Assembly (NCBI GenBank): GCA_963977445.1
Contig: CAXBPH010000086.1
Coordinates: forward strand, 1-24,326
From: an uncultured bacterium
GTDB lineage: Bacteria > Hydrogenedentota > Hydrogenedentia > Hydrogenedentales > JAEUWI01
Length of the DNA stretch: 24,326 bases
Direction: 5' to 3'
In this document: piece after piece, positions 18,128 to 24,326 of the stretch
Position numbering within the stretch: position 1 is the first letter of the stretch
How the letters are laid out: each line of letters opens with the position of its first letter
The notes under the pieces: generated by a model
Told to the model about the DNA's origin: nothing
Databases searched by the model: none
Seen by the model: only the letters and a program-made list of their open reading frames with translations
Made by a program: the position numbers and the translations under genes

Positions 18128-19273
18128 ATGGCTGACACAATAGATCCCAGCACCACCACACCGGACAAGCCGAGTAAGGAGCGCATGGTATCCATCGATG
18201 CCCTCCGCGGCTTTGATATGTTTTGGATAACGGGCGGCGAAGGGGCGGTTAAGGCGGTTGCTTTGCTCTGTGGTGGCTGGATTGCGGCCGTATTCGGCGT
18301 TCAGCTGGAACATGCTGAATGGGAAGGCTTTCGCTTCTACGACCTTATCTTTCCCCTCTTTGTATTCCTGATTGGCGTCTCCATTACCTTCTCGCTGAGC
18401 CGTATCAAGGATACGGAGGGGCCTGCAGCCGTGTATAAGCGCTTGTTCAAACGGACGGCCATCATGTTTCTGGTGGGTATCATTTACTACGGCGGCGCAC
18501 GCAACCACTGGCCCGAAGATGTACGCATTCTCGGCGTGCTCCAGCGACTGGCCCTGTGCTACTTCTTCGGGGGGCTGGCCTTCTACCACCTTCAGCTGCG
18601 GGGCCTGATAATTCTTTGCGTGTCTATTCTCATCGGCTACTGGGCCTTCCTGTCCTTCGTGCCCGTACCTGGCCTGGGAGCCACCTCTTTCGAGGAAGGG
18701 AAGAACTGGGCCACCTACGTCGACCTGCACTTTCTGCCCGGTCGGCTCTATTACAAGGACTACAACTACGACCCCGAAGGCATCCTCAGTACCATTCCCG
18801 CCATCGCGACCTGCCTCCTGGGCGTGTTTGCCGGGCTCCTGCTGAAGGCGAAGTCGTTTACGGACAAGCAGAAGGTCCTCTATTTCATTGCTGGGGGCGT
18901 GGCCATGGTCCTCTTTGGCTATGCCTGGGGCTTGCAATTTCCCGTCATCAAGAAGATCTGGACCTCCTCCTATGTCATGGTGGCGGGTGGCTACAGCTGG
19001 ATTTTTGTGGGCGTATTCTATCTGGTGGTGGATGTGTGGAAGTATCGCAAGTGGACCACGCCTTTCATCTGGATTGGCGTGAACCCGCTCACGATTTACG
19101 TCGCCCACAACATTTTTGACTTCCGCGCGCTGGCCAATCGATTTGTCGGTGGGGACATTCAAGCCATGCTGAGTGAAGACGCGGGACGGGCCCTGCTCAG
19201 CCTTGTGGCCCTGGGGCTTTCCCTGCTCTTTGCCCGCTTTCTCTATAAGAATAAGATTTTCATACGGATTTAG
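18128..19273 (+). CDS. HGSNAT/NagX-like (DUF5009) membrane acyltransferase
   Basis: RMVSIDALRGFDMFWI, YDLIFPLFVFLIG, ILGVLQRLA, DPEGILST, PVIKKIWTSSY, IGVNPL. AAGGA RBS before ATG 18128. Confidence 0.9.
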   Translation: MADTIDPSTTTPDKPSKERMVSIDALRGFDMFWITGGEGAVKAVALLCGGWIAAVFGVQLEHAEWEGFRFYDLIFPLFVFLIGVSITFSLSRIKDTEGPAAVYKRLFKRTAIMFLVGIIYYGGARNHWPEDVRILGVLQRLALCYFFGGLAFYHLQLRGLIILCVSILIGYWAFLSFVPVPGLGATSFEEGKNWATYVDLHFLPGRLYYKDYNYDPEGILSTIPAIATCLLGVFAGLLLKAKSFTDKQKVLYFIAGGVAMVLFGYAWGLQFPVIKKIWTSSYVMVAGGYSWIFVGVFYLVVDVWKYRKWTTPFIWIGVNPLTIYVAHNIFDFRALANRFVGGDIQAMLSEDAGRALLSLVALGLSLLFARFLYKNKIFIRI

Positions 19274-19331
19274 GGGGCTCGGGAAGTTTATTTCTCCGAC
19301 GGGATTGAGGCAGAAAAATACATTGGTGGTG

Positions 19332-19482
19332 TTGGCTCTTCACGGGCAAGTCTTGCAGACTTGTCCGTGCCACCCAGAGCATGTTTTTTTGTCTCTGGGT
19401 ACATATAGATGGAATTGAGTCGCAGGCGCACGAACCCGTTTCGGTGCGCCTGCGTCGCTACCGAAACGGGATCGCGCGGCAC
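19332..19482. repeat. Structured intergenic repeat, copy 1 (REP-like composite with three hairpins)
   Basis: Aligns by eye with 21579-21726. Hairpins at 19341-19369, 19373-19399 and 19435-19470. Confidence 0.85.
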
Positions 19483-19497
19483 TTTTACTTCATCAGG

Positions 19498-20052
19498 TTA
19501 TTGCGCAACCGCCGACGTAGCTCCTTCGTTGGGCTTCACCAGCAACCAGGTGGGCCGGTGCATCTTGTGAGCCAAGGAAGTGGCGTTGGTTTTCACCAAT
19601 CGAAGCTCGCTTTTGAAGTTGATTTCTTCACGCTCCCACCGCAACATAAATGCTGTGGGGTCGACGCCCTCGTCCTCCGGGCGGAGCGCATCTGTCACAT
19701 CGAAGATAACCCACCCCTGATTGTTACCATTCAAGGACTGTTTGAGTTCTTCGATGGGAATAGAATCCGCAGGCGCGGCGGCAAAATCCGGGCGAACAAG
19801 CACCGTATCCGCGTCTTCGTTCAAAAACCGGGGCCAATCGCGGCCCAGAACGGAATTTAGAATCGGCCACACCTGAAACGCGTTGCCAAACTCGGCGAGA
19901 TTCCCACTATCGTAATAGAGGGCCAGGAGCACGCGGCCATTGTCTGCGGCCTTGACGAACGAAACAGGCGGTGCCTGGAGTACCGTCGTGTAGGATGCAA
20001 TTTTTTCTTCAGCGGCGATTTTCACGGCCCATGTGAACCGCATGGGCATCAT
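19498..20052 (-). CDS. Hypothetical protein (possibly the detached C-terminal part of the upstream gene)
   Basis: 184-aa ORF with an ATGA overlap to the upstream ORF; no recognised motif. Confidence 0.55.
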   Translation of the reverse strand: MMPMRFTWAVKIAAEEKIASYTTVLQAPPVSFVKAADNGRVLLALYYDSGNLAEFGNAFQVWPILNSVLGRDWPRFLNEDADTVLVRPDFAAAPADSIPIEELKQSLNGNNQGWVIFDVTDALRPEDEGVDPTAFMLRWEREEINFKSELRLVKTNATSLAHKMHRPTWLLVKPNEGATSAVAQ

Positions 20053-20780
20053 ACTGCTGACGATTCCACGTTATCATCAACTGTCCCCTCGGGGTCACAA
20101 AGGACGCCATTTATGAAGCGCCCCATCACACCTTGGGCGACCAAGTCGAGTTCTCCCGCGAAACAGGTGACTTTCTCACTTTCCATCTGCATTCCAGAAA
20201 GGGGGTCACGCAGAACATGGACATAGTAGGAGCCCGGCTGAAAGGGGCCGAATACGGCGGTGCCCGATGCGTCGGTCATCCGCTCAATTTCATCCGACGC
20301 CTCCCCAAAGGCGGGGCCCGCAACAGTGATTTTCGCGCCGGACACCGCCGTTCCACCTTCCGTGCCCCGGGTCACTTTCACTGTGAAGCTCGCCAGCGGA
20401 TTCACCGCGACGACATTGCTACGCAGGGCCTCCAGGACGGTCTGGTTGGCGGTGTTCATCTGGCGTACGACCACCGCCATGAAAACCACGACGGCCAGGC
20501 CCACCACTATCATTACGCCCGTTTGAATCCATTCCCGCATTACGGTCTCCCTCATTTGGTCCCACCAGAGCCGTCGAGCAATGGTATTGGGATCGCCAAA
20601 TTTATCGAGGACACGGTTCCATACCGTCTCCTCATTGCCGCCTGTATCTCGTTCTTGTTCCCGCTCCGTCGCACAGGCCAGGTGGTCGGCGATTTCGTCG
20701 AGAATATCCTGCCGCAGCCCGCCTGGTTCGCGGGAGTGCCGCGCCGGAAAGGCGTCTTCGTTGTCTTTATCCCAAGGCAT
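20049..20780 (-). CDS. PadR-associated membrane protein: permease-prefix/HAAS-like N-terminal domain, one TM helix, carboxypeptidase-regulatory-like beta domain
   Basis: LRQDILDEIADHL...VLDKFGDPNTIARRLW; TM GVMIVVGLAVVVFMAVVV; VSGAKITV...TDASGTAVFGPFQPGSYYV. Start re-called at ATG 20780 (GGGAG upstream). Confidence 0.8.
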   Translation of the reverse strand: MPWDKDNEDAFPARHSREPGGLRQDILDEIADHLACATEREQERDTGGNEETVWNRVLDKFGDPNTIARRLWWDQMRETVMREWIQTGVMIVVGLAVVVFMAVVVRQMNTANQTVLEALRSNVVAVNPLASFTVKVTRGTEGGTAVSGAKITVAGPAFGEASDEIERMTDASGTAVFGPFQPGSYYVHVLRDPLSGMQMESEKVTCFAGELDLVAQGVMGRFINGVLCDPEGTVDDNVESSAV

Positions 20781-20811
20781 GGCGTGCTCCCGTGGGGACT
20801 GACGCAGCGAC

Positions 20812-21115
20812 GGGGACTGCCTTCGCGCATTGAGTCGCTCAACGTCGTTCCAGGCACGTTGAATTCCATGGTAATTGGGAAGCGGGAAAATCGCTGGTGA
20901 CGCGCGAGGCTGTACCGGTAGTCTGGCATGACGTCTGCCTGCGCCCGAAACGGTGAGCCGCAAGGGTCGACATCGCAACAATTTCCCTTACGATAGTCCC
21001 GACATACTGCCGGGACAGCCTCGGAAACGGTCGTGGGTTGGGGTGGGACCTTGCTCTCTTTGAGGTAGACGTGGTTGATGAATCCATACCAACGCCGTTT
21101 TCCGAGGCAGTCCCC
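20812..21115. repeat. Cluster of four alternately oriented GGGACWGCCT(CG)-type units (BIME/REPIN-like)
   Basis: Units at 20812-20822 (+), 20905-20916 (-), 21012-21023 (+) and 21103-21115 (-), with extended imperfect inverted repeats between neighbours. Confidence 0.7.
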
Positions 21116-21121
21116 TCTTGT

Positions 21122-21466
21122 CTACCCAAAACAAACGCTCCACTTGGGCAGACCCAACACGCCGTCTACCCCGACAGCATACTGGGACCACTGTTCACGC
21201 CGGACTTCGAGGAGCTTTCCCCCGGCGGCCGTGATTCGATAGAATTTTCTTCGTCGTACTTCGTCCAGATGTACCCAATAGCTATGGAGCATGCCTTGCC
21301 GCTCCATGGCGTGGAGAACGGGATAGAGTTCGCCTTCTTTGAAGGTGAGGTGCCCCTGGGAACGCTCCAGCACTTGTTGGGCAATGTCGTAGCCGTAGGT
21401 TGCCCCGGGGGCGACGACGTGTAGAATCAGCATCTCGGTCATATCCGATTGAAAGTTTTCACTCAT
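21122..21466 (-). CDS. PadR family transcriptional regulator
   Basis: MLILHVV...YGYDIAQQV...KEGELYPVLHAMERQG...RRRKFYRITAAG...EQW winged-helix pattern; 114 aa. Confidence 0.93.
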   Translation of the reverse strand: MSENFQSDMTEMLILHVVAPGATYGYDIAQQVLERSQGHLTFKEGELYPVLHAMERQGMLHSYWVHLDEVRRRKFYRITAAGGKLLEVRREQWSQYAVGVDGVLGLPKWSVCFG

Positions 21467-21505
21467 GACGACGGTTGCCTGTGTTGTATACCTAGTCTAT
21501 CTATA

Positions 21506-21537
21506 CATATCCTTGCATATCTATTAGGATGTGTCAA
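21506..21537 (-). promoter_or_regulatory. Putative padR promoter (-35 TTGACA) with overlapping inverted repeat
   Basis: TTGACA at 21532-21537 on the minus strand; CATATCCT-N12-AGGATGTG (7/8 complementary) at 21506-21533. The -10 is poor. Confidence 0.4.
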
Positions 21538-21578
21538 GGGGAAAATTGGGGGGAATTGATTGGAAGAACGTGTCCGCA

Positions 21579-21726
21579 TTGGCCCTCACGGGCACGTCTT
21601 GCAGACATGTCCGTGGCACCCAAACGGTTGTTTTTGGGTTTGGGAAGCGATCGTAAATATGAGTCACTCACGCACGAACGCGTTTCGTTGCGACTACGTC
21701 GCTGCCGAATCGCGATCGCGCGGCAC
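21579..21726. repeat. Structured intergenic repeat, copy 2 (same orientation as copy 1)
   Basis: CACGGGCACGTCTTGCAGACATGTCCGTGGCACCCA...CGCACGAACGCGTTTCG...GATCGCGCGGCAC matches copy 1. An extra CCCTGG/CCAGGG hairpin follows to about 21748. Confidence 0.85.
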
Positions 21727-21784
21727 CCCTGGGGACTCGACCAGGGTGTGGGTGTTCCATCGCTACAGCCCCCCAGTCTGCTGT

Positions 21785-23479
21785 CTACCCCTTTGACGCC
21801 AGTTGGGTGCGGCAATCGTTAAAAAATTGCAAGACCTCGGCTTTTTTCTCGAAGTCCGCCATGGCTTCGATGATGGCGATGCGTTCGTCGAGTTTTACGA
21901 GGAGCCAGCTTACGGATGCGGTGTTGGCGATGGGAGCCTCGCCGCGCATGACGTAGACGGGGTTGGTGTGGGCTTCGGCGTCGGGGAGTCCGGAGGAGGT
22001 CTCGTTGTAGGCGCGGGCAGCGAACCAGGTGCTTTCGCTCAGGGGCAACTTAAAGGTGTAATTGAGACGCTGGGGCAATTCATAGGCGGGCGTCATCCCA
22101 TCGATGCGCATGGTCTTCACGACTTTGCCGTTGGCCATCACATCGATGGCACCGATCTTTGTGACTTCTGTGCGAACGGTTAGTTTCACCGTGACCGAGG
22201 TGGCTTCCCCATCAAGAGTAACTGTGTCCCCCGGCGATGCGCCCTCGACGGTGAATTCCACCATGGGGCCGGTGGTAAAAAAACTCTTTCCCGCCACGAG
22301 GCCATCGGTCCAGGCCTGCATGGAGGTGTCTTCACCGAGGTGGACGTAGGTGCGGCAATCACCCAAGGCCCGGCAATAGGGGTAATCGCTCGCACCGATG
22401 GCGGGAAAGCGGTAGCCTGCGTTGAGCATGTGATACCAGCCTTGGAGGCCGATTCCGCGATAGACGGCGAACTGGAGGAGCTCTACCCCATCGGTTGCGC
22501 CGGGGATGAAGTCGGCATAAATCTCTTTCTCATAGCCGCCGTGGGCATGAATCGCGCGGCCATTGAGTTCCCGCGTGGCCCGGGCCACTTCGGCAAAGGT
22601 GGGCCACTCGTCGACCTGCAACACCTGATCGCGAAAGACCAGATCGTCGGCCATGATAAGGAGAATGTGTCCGTAGGTACTGTTGCGATATTCGTAGCCG
22701 GAGCTGATGGTGTAGTCACCGCGAGTAACGATGGAAGCGGCACCCATCCCCTGGAGCTGGGGCGTTTCCTCCTCTTCGAGGACACCGTTGAAGGTCTTGG
22801 CATCGTTCAGGGACAACATGAAGCCGTTGCGGATATCTTCGGCGGCCATGAGGTCGAGTACGCGCTGGGTGTCTCCATCATCCTTGCGATCGAGGTGGAT
22901 GTGGGGATCGCCGGAATACCAACCCTTTTCCGCCATATCGAGGGTGCGGGTCACTTTCAGTTCGACGGCTTTCGTTTCGCCAGTCGCCACCGTAAGGACC
23001 TGACGGATGGGGCGATACTCGAAACCTTTCCAGACCTCGACGGTGACCTCGCCGGCAGGCACGGTAACCGTAGATTCACCAGCGGTGTAGAAAAACCAGC
23101 CATAATAGCGAAATGGTCCTTTGGTCGTTCGATTGCCTGCGCGGTGGAGACTCCAGGGGGCCAGGGGGTTTTCAAGCGGTTCGTAGTAGTGACCATCGGG
23201 GCCAATAACGTTGACGCGACAGGGGGTGGATTCACCCGTGGCCGCGTCGATGATATGGAGTTGCAGGAGGGCCGTTTCATCGCCCTCGGCAACTCGGGGC
23301 TCCCCGGCCACGGTGCTGTGGGCGGGGTTATGGATGAGGGATTCCGCGAGGGGGTCTTCGGGCGCGATAGGACCATGCTCCCCGGCATGGCCATGGGCCG
23401 ACACCGAAATCAGAGACGTGGCCACGAGAATCAGGATTGCAACACCATTCCATTTGCCCGAAAGAACTATTTTCCGCAT
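21785..23479 (-). CDS. Secreted CehA/McbA-like (PHP-fold) metallohydrolase
   Basis: Signal peptide; KGFEY; GWYSGDPHIH; GYEYR...GH; HAHGG; WYHMLNAGYR; GASDYP; RTYV; SFFTTGP; AHTNPVYV. Confidence 0.82.
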   Translation of the reverse strand: MRKIVLSGKWNGVAILILVATSLISVSAHGHAGEHGPIAPEDPLAESLIHNPAHSTVAGEPRVAEGDETALLQLHIIDAATGESTPCRVNVIGPDGHYYEPLENPLAPWSLHRAGNRTTKGPFRYYGWFFYTAGESTVTVPAGEVTVEVWKGFEYRPIRQVLTVATGETKAVELKVTRTLDMAEKGWYSGDPHIHLDRKDDGDTQRVLDLMAAEDIRNGFMLSLNDAKTFNGVLEEEETPQLQGMGAASIVTRGDYTISSGYEYRNSTYGHILLIMADDLVFRDQVLQVDEWPTFAEVARATRELNGRAIHAHGGYEKEIYADFIPGATDGVELLQFAVYRGIGLQGWYHMLNAGYRFPAIGASDYPYCRALGDCRTYVHLGEDTSMQAWTDGLVAGKSFFTTGPMVEFTVEGASPGDTVTLDGEATSVTVKLTVRTEVTKIGAIDVMANGKVVKTMRIDGMTPAYELPQRLNYTFKLPLSESTWFAARAYNETSSGLPDAEAHTNPVYVMRGEAPIANTASVSWLLVKLDERIAIIEAMADFEKKAEVLQFFNDCRTQLASKG

Positions 23480-23670
23480 ACTATGGCACCTTTGTTTTTG
23501 TTTTGTTCACGACGTACCCTCCACCGTCACCCCGACCCAAACGATTCTACAGGATGGCGACACACGTTGCGAATGGGTGTTTTTGTGGCGTCCCACACGC
23601 CCGGAAACGCTGCATTTTCGCACCCCATCCAGCGGACTCATCGTGCACATTTTTTTCAGAAGGAGTACCC

Positions 23671-24326
23671 ATGTCCATCGCCCTTTTTACCCTGCTCGCC
23701 GTTGCTGCTTTTCCCCCTGCGCCCACTCACGTGGATATCGCCCTTCCAACGGGTGACCATCATGGCATTTATCTTACGGAAGCGGAACACCAGGCGGCGA
23801 AGAAGCGCTATGGGGATTCACCCTGGGCAACGACCATCGGGGACTCCCTGAAAAAGACGGCGGACCAATATGTGCGCGCCGAATTGGATATTCCCCGCGC
23901 CGGTGGTCAGTGGTCGCACTGGTATACCTGTAAAAAAGAGGGCGGACGTCTCAACGCGGAAACACCCACGCGCCATGTCTGCCAGAGTTGCGGCGAAGTA
24001 TACTCGGGCTTTCCCTACGACGAAGTCTATGTAACTTTTCGCCATAGCTATTGGCTCCGGGGTATTGAGTCCCTCGGCATGGCCTACGCCGTTGAGCCCA
24101 AGCCGGAATACGCCGCGAAGGTCCGGGAGATCCTGCTGGACTATGCCTCCTTCTACGAAACGTTGCCCCTCCACGATTACAAGGGCAAGGAATCGGCGAA
24201 AGGTGCCCGCCTCTACGCCCAGACCCTCGATGAATCGGTGAGTCTATGCAGCCTCATCTTTGGCTATGACCTGGTCTACGACGCCGCGTGCTTTTCTCCC
24301 GACGACCACGCAACCATCGCCGACAA
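23671..24326 (+). CDS. Heparinase II/III / alginate-lyase-like polysaccharide lyase, 5' part (runs off the window; absent from the ORF track)
   Basis: AAGGAG RBS, ATG 23671, frame open to the window end: MSIALFTLLAVAAF...GGQWSHWYTC...HVCQSCGEVYSGFPYD...LGMAYA...REILLDYA...ARLYAQTLDES...GYDLV. Confidence 0.75.
   Translation, partial: MSIALFTLLAVAAFPPAPTHVDIALPTGDHHGIYLTEAEHQAAKKRYGDSPWATTIGDSLKKTADQYVRAELDIPRAGGQWSHWYTCKKEGGRLNAETPTRHVCQSCGEVYSGFPYDEVYVTFRHSYWLRGIESLGMAYAVEPKPEYAAKVREILLDYASFYETLPLHDYKGKESAKGARLYAQTLDESVSLCSLIFGYDLVYDAACFSPDDHATIAD

Noticed and set aside
19173..19482. Small ORFs over the repeats (also 21529-21822, 21534-21815, 21560-21796)
   Set aside because: Their mutual similarity comes from the DNA repeat; there are no RBSs, and the conservation pattern follows base pairing rather than codons.
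20944..20970. GAGCCGCAAGG resembling group II intron domain V
   Set aside because: No 34-nt domain V hairpin can be formed and there is no RT ORF.
20781..20981. N-terminal extension of the PadR partner ORF
   Set aside because: It runs through the palindromic cluster; the RBS and domain start support ATG 20780.
19332..21726. Repeats as a CRISPR array or integron attC sites
   Set aside because: Only two diverged copies 2.2 kb apart; no spacers or cas genes; no RYYYAAC/GTTRRRY ends and no integrase.
22340..23851. 503-aa plus-strand ORF (likewise 18014-19162, 14516-15406, 5561-6427, 10995-11948)
   Set aside because: These lie antisense to well-supported genes and have no recognisable domains.

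Overview
A GC-rich bacterial chromosomal window. The taxon cannot be read from the sequence; the protein families hint at a PVC/Hydrogenedentota-like lineage (inference only). Most genes are on the minus strand: a secreted HExxH metalloprotease-like protein with a Cys-containing C-terminal anchor, a TetR regulator plus the fused isobutyryl-CoA mutase/GTPase IcmF, a polysaccharide deacetylase, an LRR fragment, an extended MscS channel, a TIGR03960/TIGR03936-type radical SAM fusion, a beta-helix carbohydrate enzyme, an adenylate kinase, a PadR module and a CehA/McbA-like metallohydrolase. The plus strand carries a CPBP protease, an alpha/beta hydrolase, a DUF6159-like membrane protein, an HGSNAT/NagX-like protein and the 5' part of a heparinase II/III-type lyase. 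I saw no rRNA, tRNA, CRISPR array, integrase or transposase. The most notable signals are non-coding. (i) Two diverged ~150-bp multi-hairpin direct repeats with compensatory base changes (19332-19482, 21579-21726) bracket the PadR module. (ii) An unrelated four-unit, alternating-orientation palindromic cluster sits inside that module (20812-21115). (iii) A decayed PEP-CTERM-like gene relic, missed by the ORF track, lies at 12582-12888.
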